Part shown: piece after piece, positions 27,501 through 39,682 of the stretch
How positions within the stretch are numbered: position 1 is the first letter of the stretch
Layout: every line of letters starts with the position of its first letter
Origin: Lama guanicoe
Lineage: Eukaryota
NCBI GenBank assembly: GCA_013239625.1
Contig: MU053881.1
Coordinates: forward strand, 9,695,957 to 9,759,956
DNA length: 64,000 bases
Direction of reading: 5' to 3'
The notes under the pieces: generated by a model
Database searches by the model: none
Told to the model about the DNA's origin: nothing
Seen by the model: the letters and a program-made list of their open reading frames with translations, nothing else
Made by a program: the position numbers and the translations under genes

Positions 27501-30500
27501 GAGGTAGGAGCCTCATACAAGTTTTGTCTCTGTAAATCTGACTTTCAGTTTGAATTCTTACATGGAGAAGGATACAAAGGCCCTTGGCAATGACCTTGAC
27601 CATATTTCACCAGAAATTACTTCTCAAAATTAAGTCTATACAGAATAGAAAACAATGGAAAAGCTCGCCCACTCAGGTTTTCCTTCAAAAGACACAAGGA
27701 GTTCGGAGTTCCTCTCAATTATACAATGGAAAAAAAAAAAACAACTAGAAATTACTTTTAAGAAACATTTCAGGAGCTCTAGCATGATAAACGCCTCATA
27801 TATGCAGAGAAAACACTCCTGTTATCGAAATGAAAATAGGAACCTTAGCCATAGGGGCAAATGTGATTGTCAAGTTCCAGGAACCAACGGTCGCTTTCTA
27901 CACAGCTGTCTCTTCCCAAGCAAGTTACCTTCTCCCCACGATGTCAGAGGCCATGCCTTTGGAAATGCTGCAATTCAACACAAACACCAACTGAAAGTAA
28001 ACTCCCTAATTTACCAACAAGCTTAGCAAAAGGAGGGTATTATTTTGATACGTTAACCTGAGATCAACACCGGACACAGAAAGTTCAAATGAGCTTAGTG
28101 AAGATTTACTCGGAAAAACTTAACAACCAACAACAATAAAACCACCAACATGCCACAAACACTGTGCCACACAGAACCATAGAAGAGCAATCACAAATCC
28201 AGCTGACTGAATAGTAATCTCACCAGGCATTCCACCCAAAACGTAGGTATGTTTAATATTTTAACACAGATTCTCAGAGCTTTTCAGGAGTTGCCAGGAA
28301 ACTAGACGTAGAAAGAGGAGTGGGTGGCTGAAAAACCAACCTCAGCAGGAAGGAGTATGTTCTTTAAATCAATGGACTCTTGGTCTTCGTGTCTAGTGAA
28401 GATGCTAAAACTGAAGCTAACTGTGCTGTTTCGTAAACAAATTCATGCTCTGAATACATTACAGAATGATTAGAAAGCTTGCCTCCTGGGCCACGTGAAA
28501 TGGGTCCTTAGCCTGGTCAGTTATCTGTTTGTGCCCATGTGTGTGGAATATGCGAGAAAATAAGGCAGCTGCTCAGCATGGAGTATATTGCTTTCTGGTT
28601 TTGGTCCTAGAATGAGGAAAGCATGATGCTTTAGAAGACTTGGGTTCTTAGGATCATAAGGTACTCTATGAATTCATTTTTCTTTGGTACTTAGGCAAAC
28701 GAATGCTTCAAGACAACTGTGATCTTAGTGAATGGAAGTTGGGTTTTTCCCCCCAAACTTGATCAAAATGGTAAATGCGAAGGTCCATAAAAATATTTTA
28801 AAATAGCAATATTGTCATCTCAAGGGACCCATGAGTAAGCTGAGCTTTCACTCCAAATAAGACGTCTTATTCTCCTCAGCAGATTACAAAGGAAGAAATA
28901 AGCTTTAGATCTCAGGAATCCTGTCCACAATCTCAAGAAAAGCTTTCGTCAACAGAGGCAACCCAGAGCAGGTAGATTTGCATGATGCCGTGAAGTTCTT
29001 TCTATAGAAAAGAAGGACTGACTAGTTCAGTTCATTTATAGTTCGTTTTGGTTCCCTGTCCAAAACACGCTGCACTGTTTCATGCTGTTCTTCCAACATC
29101 AGCTAAGTTTACATTAGAACAAAGTTGAACAGCATTATTGCAAACGTACTCTTTGCACGTAGGTAATTACTGTTCTGTGAGGTGGCAACCACGTAGTGGA
29201 AGGAGGCTTCCTTAAAGAGCAGCATTTTTTCCCTCTGGAAAATGTATATGCCTCAGACTGTCCCTGAACTGGATAGTCCTCACCTGGGTCTAGAGTTCAA
29301 AGTGCCTCAGGATGGGAACACACATCCTGAAACTGCAGTCATTCGGCTCTACCCCTGACCTCCCTCCCTACACGTAAGCTGCCATTATTTTAGCCCATTT
29401 TTTCCCATGGCTTAGCAGAATTTTTAACAACTCTAAACTGATTTCTTTTGAAACTGCTGATCTGCCTTTACTCACTGACCCTTCAGTTACTGAAACTGAA
29501 AACTTGGGGGGAAAAGAGCCGAACAAATGAAACAGGGTAACTGCTAAGGACCCCTCAAAGAACTTAAATAGGAATACATTAGAGAACTGTTGTATGTTAA
29601 TTTTTTAAATAATATTTAAAACAGATCCTGGAAGCAAGAGTTACAGAGTCGGTTCTATTTTTAAGAAAAGAGTTAAGAGTTCAATTTGCATATGCATTAT
29701 GCTGGCTATTTTAAATAATTGTATTCCATGTGGACGAAACTGCCCTTCCCCTCCCCAATTGACAAGATGCCACTTCAAGCAAGATCTAAGAAAGGGCTGG
29801 TTTAGGGGTTAGAAATTGCTGTCCGTGTCTCAGTTTTGAATAAAACAATACCAGCAATCTCCCTCCTTCTCCACAGCCCTCAGTTTATTATTAAGTAAAT
29901 TTAGCAATAGCTCAATCGCTGGAGATCAGGACAGTATGTGATGCACTAAACCACTTAGATGTTTATTATCTTTGCAAGCAACATGAGTAGTGGTGTCTAT
30001 TATTGCCTCCTGCAAATCTGCAGTAATGTGATGCAAAACAGCATTTTAAAGAAATTCTGTTTTGGAATGCAAATTATTCTTCCTCCAATTTTGAATATTT
30101 TAGCCAGCATGTACCACACAGTAGTTCTGGAATCACTGGCATTTGCCATGCTGTCAAACTGAGTCAAAATGCATTGTAATCCTGGAGAAGGATAACCTTA
30201 AACATCAAGGCAACGTTAAAATGCATCCTAAAAAAAAATCCCTATAATTGCGATGAACATTAGAGAGAAACCGGCAGTCCTTCTGCAGAGAAATAACAGT
30301 CCGCTCTACCAATCTTTCCCCTCCCCCCTGAAACTCATGCAACTAATGATGACCTCCCGAAGTGCCGAATTTAAATGTTCCAGCATTCATCTGAGGATGA
30401 AGGAGGAAAAAAATACATAGAAAACCACGAAACAAGTTGCAAACTGCACAAACGCCAGGAGAGAGAGAAAGGAGAACTGCAGGCAGATTCAGGAGCGATT

Positions 30501-30593
30501 GCAGAATGAGGAGCAACAGAAAGGAAACGAGGAAGAAAGAAAAGGGGGGGAAAAGCCTTAAGCATTAAAGAGTAAGAAGTGAAAAACATTTAC

Positions 30594-30718
30594 CAGCGGC
30601 TCGGTCAGTAGCTTCGCTCCCTGACACCATCTACATAGAGAGATAACTTAGCCTAGAGTCTTCGGTCCCAGCTCGCTTTGGAGCAAAATTCCTTCACTTC
30701 GAGGGGGCAACACACACC
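30594..30718 (-). other. Candidate second 5' exon or alternative first exon
   Basis: Minus strand reads ttttccccttctttccctctctctttttcttGAG| (acceptor, implying a 78-nt intron after 30797) and ends at donor CTG|GTAAAT. Contains ATG TAG ATG GTG TCA... (MVSGSEATDRAA, phase 1). Confidence 0.45.
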
Positions 30719-30890
30719 CTCAAGAAAAAGAGAGAGGGAAAGAAGGGGAAAATAATCCCAAAGACCAAGACAGGCTTTCCTCCTCCTCCCTCTTACCCGC
30801 CCCCCGGACTCCCCAAACGGTGCTCCCGTCTGCACAGTTCTGCCCGCTGCGCCGCCGAGCTGCTGCCTCCGCTGTCGACGTCGCCGCGGC

Positions 30891-30891
<1 letters not shown>

Positions 30892-30936
<45 letters not shown>
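30892..30936. repeat. (GCT)15 / (AGC)15 trinucleotide repeat
   Basis: Counted directly: 15 uninterrupted GCT units on the + strand. Confidence 0.98.
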
Positions 30937-31032
30937 ACTTCGGAAACGATTAGGAGGAGGACGCCCAAGCACGACCTGAGCCTGCGAGCCACCCAGGACC
31001 AATGTGCAACCTGCTCTGGAATCAAACCCATA

Positions 31033-31193
31033 ACACACGCACGCACACCCAGCGACTCCCGCACTGGAGCCCTCGCGCGCGCACACACACGCGCCCGCCC
31101 GCGCGCCGCACAGACACACACGCGCGCACACGCACACACATGCATACGCGCGCACACACATATACACACAAACACACACACACACACAGACAC
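31033..31193. repeat. Compound (CA)/(CG)/(TA) alternating purine-pyrimidine tract
   Basis: Uninterrupted alternation over 31114-31170 (57 bp), plus further CA and CG runs on both sides. Confidence 0.95.
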
Positions 31194-32019
31194 GGAGCGC
31201 CGCACACCTCCCGCCCGCCAGCGCAGCCCCTGAACGGGGAGTGCGAGCCAATCCCCCGCCCCGAGCGCGCGCACGGGCCGAGGCCGCCGGGGCTGGGTGG
31301 TGGCGCTCGGGCTGCAGCCCCTGTGACTGTTACGGGGAACAGGACCACGGAGGGGATCGCGGCTGCGAAAAGAGGGGCGCTGGGGGGCATGTGCACCCCT
31401 TTGTCTGCAGACAGACCCCCCCTCACCCCCCAACCTTCTCCTCCCCAAACCGGGCGTTTCCAAAACCAGACACTGAGCGCGCGAACCGCGGGCGGTGCAG
31501 AGTTCAGTTCGGCTCAGGGGTCGGCCGGGGGAGGCTCGGCTCCTCTGGCGGCACGCACCGCGGTTCCAGCTCTGCGAAACACGAAGCACCGCAGTTGCAC
31601 CCGGGTCCCAGCACACGGCGGAGCACAGCCAGCTGGCGCGCCCAGCGGACGACCCGAGCCTGCCTCGGCTTGCGAGCATGCCCACTGCTCGGCCGGAACC
31701 TCAGATCGCGCCTTTCAGGGTTAGGGACGCAGAGAGGGACACAGCCGACCTCGGTGGTTTCGAGAGGGAAGGCAGAGGTCCCAGCGCCTTGAGCCCCTGC
31801 TGACCTGCCTCACCTAGACTGTTCAGTGGCCCGAAGCTGCCCTGGAAGGCGCGGTGCCCGGGGAAGCTAGGCTTCCAGACCTCAGAGGGGAATTGCTTTT
31901 TCTTCCTCCCATAAAGGGAATTACAAAAGGAAGCAATTCCCCGGCCCGGGGAAAGGCTGATTCAGTTGCAGAGTAATTGACAGAACATCCAGCAGGGCCT
32001 GGCCGTCCTCATAGTCACC

Positions 32020-33838
32020 GCTCACAGGTATTGCTTACTTCTCCTGTGCCGGCTTTGTGCTCTGTGATGCCCATGAATTACCTGATTTTATTCTGTCCAC
32101 ACACTATATGATTAGCCCTAGAAGGAAACTGAGGCTCCAGAATATTTTTACTAACTGCTAGTCGACGGAAACCAAAGTACCCGGCAATCCAAACCTGCAG
32201 TTTGACTCAGGCACTGGAGAGAGAATGCAGTGAGATTGATGAACTCCAGGCATATCTGGCAAAGTAAAGGTCCGCTGGATGTCTGGATGCTAACACCCTC
32301 TGGCTTTCAAGCTGTACCTGGCCTGTCTTCAGCAGTCTGCAACTCTTTGAAAAAACTGCACGCCTGCAATTTGCCAATGTCCTAATACTAAGAACATTCA
32401 TAATACTCATCTCCTGACTATGTACTCGGGGACACCCTTTTAATTAGGCATTGCGTACTTACCATTATCATCTTTAAAATAACCCTGTAAAGAGGCTTAT
32501 CTTTATTCAGATTTTACACATGAGGAGATTGGCACAGAGATGTCCTGTGACTTCCTCAAGGTGGCAGGGCTAGAAGCATGAAGGCGTGGTTTATTTGCCT
32601 CCAAGGTCCATGTTGGGTTTTGACTAAATTATGTGTCTTCCGTAACTGCATCCTGAACAAAGCCGTGAGTTGAGGGCAGAGCAGTGACTTTTTATTTCGT
32701 TCACCAAACACATATTGATTTGCTACTAACGTTCACTCATTCAAGAAAGATTTACTGAGCATTTACTTCCTGCAGGGAACGGTCTTAGCAGTGACACATG
32801 ACAAAGAAACAATCCCAGAACGCTCTGAGTTTATCATGTGACAAGAAGATAGTGATCATATTCTTGTGATGCGGATGCTGACAGCTCACTAGCAATGCAT
32901 GTCGCTCCCTCCCCTGCTCGTCCGGCAACCTTCTATCTGTCCTTAGTCTTTCTGCTCCAGGGTCACTTCTTCAAGGAAGCCACCTGTGCTCTCCCTGGCT
33001 GAGTCAAATCCCGCTTAGATAGAGGCTTTCAAGGCATCACATCACTCTCCTTTTTCAAAGTTGTTGGACTTTCAGTTTTCCACGGATGCCACCATTCAGC
33101 TAGTGCAGCCTCCCCCATGCACCCAGCACAGCAGACCATAAACTCCAACAGGGATGTCTCTTTCCATTTTCCATTATCTCGTAGTATCTGGTGGACGTTC
33201 ACCTTGCTGTTTCTCTCTGTCTGTTACACACACACACTCTTACACATACACACAAATACTCCTGGAATAGGAATAATGATTCCACCTCCATTTAAAAGAT
33301 GAGTAACACAAGGCTGAGTGAGGTTAAGTAGCTTGCCAAGGGTGCACATCTGAGTAAGTGACAGAGAAGGGTTCTAACAGGTCTGTCTGGTGCTTATATC
33401 TACATGAAGAGCCCTCAGGCTCTGCTGCTTGGACCACGTTATCCAGTAATCAATCAGAGTACACAAAAGTGGCTCATGGAAAATACAGCAGGTAGATTGC
33501 TGGGGACGGCGTTATGGGGGGAAACAGAGATAATTCAACATTATAGAAACTGGAAGGGCATGCAACTGGGCATCAGTAATCCACACCGAGCACCTACCAC
33601 GTGCCAGGCACCTGGCTCAGAACTTCTCTCATTTTAACCTTAACAGCAATTCTTCCAGCAACAGTGCTGTTATTCCCATTTTACAGATGAGGAAACCGAG
33701 GGTCCCCAACAGAAAATAATATCCACTAGGCTGTCAATGCCAGGGGGAAAGTGACATATTTATTTTTATTTGTCATTTTATCCAAAAGTACCTAACAGCC
33801 TTTAAACTCACTTTCTGTCTTTTGCTGGCTCTCTTACA

Positions 33839-33881
<43 letters not shown>

Positions 33882-34200
33882 CAGGCAACTTGCCCAAGGT
33901 CTTACAGCTCGTAAACTCCAGAGCTGGGATTTGAACTGAGTTTGTCTTATTTTAGAGATTCAGGGGGTATTGGGATTAAGGGGTCAGGATGGGGTTTGCA
34001 GCTTAACCGTGCTGTTGTGCCTGAGGATATATTTGGGTCTACCACGAGAGAGAGCCCCTGCTGGTCCATTACATCTTACAAGGAATCTGAGATTCAGAGA
34101 CTGAAAGCTATTTGATCAAGGTCACAGCTAGTATCATCATGCAGAGGCAGGTTTTAAACCCAGGCCTCTCTCAGGACAGATGTGTGCTGCAGTGTCATGA
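32020..34200. mobile_element. Cluster of MIR (mostly minus strand) and L2 fragments
   Basis: Repeated MIR cores (ggaaactgaggct, cccattttacagatgaggaaaccgagg, acttgcccaaggtc) and L2 tail ttcactcattcaagaaagatttactgagc. Confidence 0.7.
33842..33880. repeat. (CA)n microsatellite, about 19 units
   Basis: Directly visible. Confidence 0.97.
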
Positions 34201-35289
34201 GTGGCAGACAGAGTATCCAAGATTTTCAGAGGTTTCAAAGGAGGGTGGGGGGTGTGGGATGAGGACCAAGGGAGTCCTCACTCTGAGACAAAATGCTGCA
34301 GCGAACCAAGCAAGCCTTTGGCACCTCCCTTCCCACCTGTTACCACTCCTCCAGGTTCCACCTTTGCTCAGGCCCCTGTGCCTCTGCCTTTTCTGGCCTC
34401 ACCTTGAACCCAATGCCTCACTGTCTCCCTACTCATTTTCAGCAGTGGCAGTGGCTATAAACCGGGAAAGTAATACTGCATTTTGCACAGATCCGCTTCT
34501 AGCAGGCTACTGGGCATGCTCCGTGACAAGGGGCTGCTTTGATCACTAGTGGAAAGCTTTTGTTAAACACCTTCTCATTTTCCATTTTTGAGTATTACTT
34601 CTAAATGGAGTATTGGTGTGTAGCACTTGGCAGAGACTCCTAGCCTGTAAGAATTCTTACTTGTTTATGAGAATGAGATGCTTGCTATGGAAAAAGTCTC
34701 AACCCCATGTGTTTTCTACTCCATCTCTGGTATTCGTCTTTCTGTTCTGTCCTCCCTGTGCACAAGCAAGCATCCACAAATTGTGTCCATGTATTTACAT
34801 ACGTCACAGCCATAGACATGCACATCCAGCCACAAATACACAGCCAGCCCTTTACCACGGATAGGTCTCCTGCAACTGTTTGGCTAGTAACTTGCTCTAG
34901 ACTGAAATACTAAGAATAAAGTGAGGGAGGGGTTGCTAAGGAAAAGTTAAACATTAACCCTCTTTCCTTCCCCTTAAGAATAAGTTCATTCCCTGGAGAA
35001 TGTTTCAGAAGGCAGAAAGCTCCCTGGGATTCTCAATGACCCCCTTTCTACACACGTTAGGCTGATTTTTGTCGTGAGAGCAGCAGGGTCTTTAACGCAT
35101 GATGAGTATAACCTGTTAAGAAAGTCCCAGAGGGCAACCTTCAGGAAAACGGTGCCGAGGAGAACTTGAAATGTTAGTGGATGTCCTGCAGCGACGCCCA
35201 GGACATGAACTTTAAAGCTTTCCGAGGAGCCTTCTCCTAATTCTAAGTCTGAGTACTATAACAGAGATCGGCAAGGTCATTGCCCACAG

Positions 35290-35445
35290 CAGCACTCCGG
35301 GGCTAGCACAGTTACAATCCCCATTTTGGAGATGAAGAAACAGAGACTCTGAAAGAGTAAAACCATTAACAGCAGAGCGGCCCAACAACCGAGTCGCCGA
35401 GCTGGGGCGCAAGCCCAAGGGGGTCGGATGTCACCGCCTGCGCGC
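35290..35445 (-). mobile_element. MIR whose head overlaps the small CpG island
   Basis: ccccattttggagatgaagaaacagagactctg (core) followed by gccgagctggggcgcaagcccaagg (B-box region, reverse complement). Confidence 0.55.
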
Positions 35446-35600
35446 GGAGCTCTGCCATCCGCCGCCGCCCCGAGCTCCCCTTTGCACGCGGAGCTGGATG
35501 GAGGAGGGGCGGCGGCGAGGCGGGGAGCGAACCCGCGCTTCGTGCGCACAGTACGTCGCGCAGGGTACCGCCGCTGTCCCCCCCGGGCCCCGCGGAAGGA
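35385..35600. promoter_or_regulatory. Second small CpG island (upstream promoter or enhancer candidate)
   Basis: Dense CpG, GC-box-like ggggcggcgg and aggcgggg, and TGCGCA; about 4 kb upstream of the main island. Confidence 0.6.
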
Positions 35601-36849
35601 GGAACCCATCAACACGAATGTCATCAGAGCAAAGGACTCTGAGCTCCCTTTGACAAGACTTGATTCCCTTTCCTTTCAAACAGCATTCCAACGCAGCTGT
35701 CTACCATTTCCCAGATCGTTCACTCTTCGTTGACATGCTCCTCAATTTCTGAGCATCCTGTGCAGAGTACATGCTGGAAAAATGTTCACTTTCCTAAGGA
35801 TGGGAAATTTAGAAGTAGAGACAACCTGAGCTTTTCAAAATCGCCGCGCTTCTCCGTTATTTGTTTCCAGTGTCTGTAAACGTCCTTTTGAAAGTTCAGT
35901 ATGTTAGGATTTTGCGCTTTTGCGAGAGGTCAGGAAAGACCCCCAGGATGTGATTCTATCCAGGCAGATTAATTGGGTGCCAGGCAGCTCACCTGCGTGG
36001 CAACATTTGCATTTTTTGCATAGGATCCCTTGTACAGAAAAGGATAACTGATGACAGCCCGGCTCTATAACTTAAGGGTAGAGATTGTATCTTGTAGAGT
36101 AATCATTCATCTCTCCAGAAATCAGCCCGATAAAAGAAATGATGTCTGAGCAGCTCACATAGATGTAATAGTATCTGAATTTAAATTCTGACAATCCCTC
36201 AAACAATTGCTCAGAGCCTACATATTTTAATTTTATGCAGTATTCCAATAAATCTGAGTTTACAAGCCTATAGGGAATCAGAAAACAAGAAGTTAACTGC
36301 TCTTGTTAGAAAATTAATAACAAAAACCAGAAACTGATAACCAGAGTTAATAAAGAAGGTGATAAAATTTTAATTTTACACAAAATATCTGAAAGCCTTA
36401 ATGTAACGTTTAGGTAAGCCTCCAATCACCCACATTCCAACAGAACTTCCGTGTATCTTCGGATTACGTTGCTGTAGACCAGCCAACGATATTAATGGTG
36501 CTGACTCCGAACGCATCCTTGATTACAACTTGAAGCCAGAAAAATAAAGCTTGGATTCCTCAGCCCGTCACTTAGGGCTCTCCATGCAGTGGTCCAGGAG
36601 CGGCACGTGGCTTTCCTCTCCTGAACGTGTGTGTTGCAGTACATCTGATTAGAAGTGACTGCTCGGAGAGGAGTCTCAACAGGGATGTGGATGCAACATT
36701 TGTGGGACCTACACTGTTCTGATTAGTGATGGCTGTTACTGCGGCAGACCCAGGACAGCACCGCTTGTGCCATGCATCTCCCAAACACAGAACCAGTCCT
36801 CATTTCCTACGTTATCCTCCCTAACCTTCTTCCCCACCTAGGCTCCAGT

Positions 36850-39000
36850 CAGAATTACTAATCCTTGTCCATACATCCCCCCATCTTATTGCCCCTTTAT
36901 CCGGAGGAGTATCTCCTCTTTCATCATTTCTACAACCCAATTCCTCTTCAAATATCCCACTCAGTTGTCAACTATCCCCAGAAGTCTTCGCTGCATGCCC
37001 CAGCCAGAAATCCTCCCCGCTTTTTGTGAAGGTACCTCACTGCAGGTGAGTATCAGGTCCTTCTCATATTAAATATATCCATGCTCCTGCCTTCGTTCTC
37101 CTCCTGGACAACAAACGTGAATGAAATAACACTGTCTGGATCATTTTTGAATCCATCACCATGAGTCACACAAAGACTTGCACTGAATAAAGTGTATGCT
37201 ATAGGAATATATAAATAAATGAATGGCGGATGCTCAATATTTGCTGAATTAATGAACATAAGATTATTATTGCTACGCTCCTGATATGTCACAAAGAGAT
37301 TAAGTTGCATTCCGTGGGCTGGAGAAGAGGGCTAATGTGGGGGAGTTTCTGTGAGCAGCTAGGTTCTAAGGCCGTGGTAACAAAGCCCCAGCTCTCAAGG
37401 GGCTCCCAGGCCAGTAGAGGAGCCGGGAAAGTAGATGGGCATCAGAGGTGACATTGATACTTGACCCTCAACGGGAGTTTTCCGTCTTGACTTGGCTGGC
37501 AGGTCAATAAAAAGCTGATAACCAGAGGAGATGAGAGAACCTTATGTAGTATTTTAACGTTTTCAATGTCAACAGGCATCATGATGAAGGAATAGTCTGT
37601 GTTTGCGTGTATGGGGGTGTGTGGGGGTGCATGTTCACATGCTCATGCTGGCTGGGATGTAGAGACTGAGAGTGGCATGCAGAGAGTCCTCCAAATGTCT
37701 CCAAAAAAGAAACCGACGATTCCCTCAAGACTAAAGGGAAACATCACTGAATAAATAATACCTTTCAAGAGGCTTAATACATTGTAAAGAGCATTTTCAC
37801 TGATTGGTAGACATTCTTTTTGATTAATTAATTAGTTAATGTTTTCAAAGCACTTTCAAGATGAAAAACATTTGGTGAGGGCTACATAACTGTTCCCCCC
37901 CCCCACCACCAGGTACCTGGGTCTCCCACATCGCCAGCTTTTCCTCCCAGATCGCTCCCGGAGCCCTCATGCTTGGTGTGTGGACTACTCTTAGACAAAG
38001 AGACGGGGTGCCGGTGAGCAGAGAATATGGAAAAAATGACACTGAAAATACATTTTCAAACTATACTGGAAATGTAATCATGCAAGAAAACAGAAGGAAG
38101 CGTGATGATGAAAACTAGTGATGTCCTCCAACAGGGAGATTCCTTTTGCTCCCTCGCCTTGCACCACATCTGGATTAATACCGATGTGTTCAAGGAACAA
38201 TGACTAGCTTTTACGAACTGCTCACTATCTTCTAGGTATTAGTCAAGTTCTCTGCACATGCTTATATTCTCCTCAAAACAACTGTTGGAGGTACTATTGT
38301 TGGAAACATTTTATAGATGAAGAAACTGAGAACTAGAAATTTTAAGCGGCTCACCCAAGGTCACGGACAGCTTGTGGCATGCCTCAGCACGTGGCCGTGA
38401 TGCTAGGAGGAAGGAAAGCGGGAGAGGGCAAGAAGGGGAGGACTAGAGGCGGCAAAAGAGAGAAATTCCAACACAAGCCTACCCTTACAAGATCCTATGA
38501 CTCACACTGATAGATTAACATACAGGAAGTGAATGAGGCCAGCGTGTCACGCTGGTGGAACTAATTCACATGGCAAAGGTGATTTAGCTTCATTTCCAAA
38601 GTGAAGATCTGTATTTAATACTCAAAGGATCACCAGACATTCTGCCCACAAGCAAGGCTCCTACAGTCCTCATCCCATCCAATGACACGGCACCACGGTG
38701 AGAATGAAGTCCTGGGTCGTGAACCTCCAATTTCCCTTTGGGTAAAAGCAACGGTCACATGCTTTCTTTAAAAGCATCTTGATAGAGTAAAAGACCAAGG
38801 GCTTCAGATGACCTCAGCCCCTTACGAGCTGGGTGACCCTGCTCCTTATTGCTTAGCATCTCTGAACCTCAGTCATCACATTGATAAAATTGAGGCAAAC
38901 AAAGCGCTTCTCTCCTAGATCTGTTGTGAGCATTATTTGTGACCGTATGGGGCAAGCAAGTAGCAATGCCTAGATTGTAGTAGGTGCTGATAAAAAAAAA
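36850..39000. mobile_element. L2 tail (about 36850-37257, +) and MIRs (about 38195-38380, minus; about 38780-38990, +)
   Basis: gctcaatatttgctgaattaatgaa; cattttatagatgaagaaactgag; gctgggtgacc...tctctgaacctcagt. Confidence 0.6.
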
Positions 39001-39682
39001 AACAGTAATTCTTTTTCTTCCTCCTTCTCTTTCTCCTCTTTTTCCTCCCTCTCAAGCTTCTGTGGACTGGCCCACTGAAAGACAAATCAACAAATTCTTA
39101 GTGTTTGCTTCCAACGTCTGTAAGCATCCTTTGGAAAATTTAATGGATGCTATGATCTGGAGCAGGTGGCGGGTACCAAAAATGGTGAATGGAGCAGAAT
39201 AATGCCTCTGAAACCTATCCTGTGGTTCAGCTGTGTCACTCCCCCTCCCCAGTAATGAAAATGTCAATGAGATGAGAAAGATGTGTAGTCTCTGAAATGG
39301 ACACGTTTATTCTGAGGGCAGGTATCCAGCACAGGGACTAGAATCCAGTAAGACAGGTGTCCACAATTCACTGGTCTTACTGGCTGCAGGGTTCTCATTA
39401 ATGCTAATGTCATTACAAGGTTCTTTTCTGATATAAGATATAAAGATGCTAAAGACATAGAGATGACGGAGGAACGGAGCAGAGCTCATCTGACCCTCTC
39501 CATCCACTAACTCAGTGATCTCAGTTTTTAAGCCTCAGTCACTAACCATCAGGGTCCCTGTCAGTGGAAAATGAGCTAATCCATGGAAAGGGCATGGAGC
39601 ACTACCTAACTGTTAGCCGTGGTCCTGGAGGTGGGGGAAGGATCAGCCCTCTCTAGGAGAAAAGATGCTACTTCAAATAAGC

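Larger units (their letters stand above)
30797..31200 (-). other. Candidate first exon (5' leader) containing the CAG repeat; TSS approximate
   Basis: Ends at consensus donor CGG|GTAAGA. The 5' end is inferred only from the CCAAT/GC boxes near 31250. Confidence 0.6.
30780..31870 (-). promoter_or_regulatory. CpG-island promoter of an unidentified gene, probably transcribed on the minus strand
   Basis: Sharp rise in GC and CpG content. CCAAT box at 31248-31252 next to GC box ccccgcccc at 31254-31262. Minus-strand donors CGG|GTAAGA (30797/30796) and CTG|GTAAAT (30594/30593) at the low-coordinate edge. A-tracts outnumber T-tracts on the + strand in 1-30 kb, consistent with a T-rich minus-strand intron. 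Confidence 0.85.

Noticed and set aside
30594..31200. Naming the gene (considered ATXN1, MAP2, PPP2R2B, MBNL1/2, MID1, GUCY1A1)
   Set aside because: None matched what I could recall of their leaders, and no coding exon is in the window; BLASTN is required.
30720..31803. Long overlapping ORFs (321, 240, 183, 152, 137 aa) as protein-coding genes
   Set aside because: Stop-poor GC-rich and microsatellite DNA; the peptides are VCVC, HTHT or poly-A/S with no domain. Only the ATG-31031 sub-frame is kept, as a uORF hypothesis.
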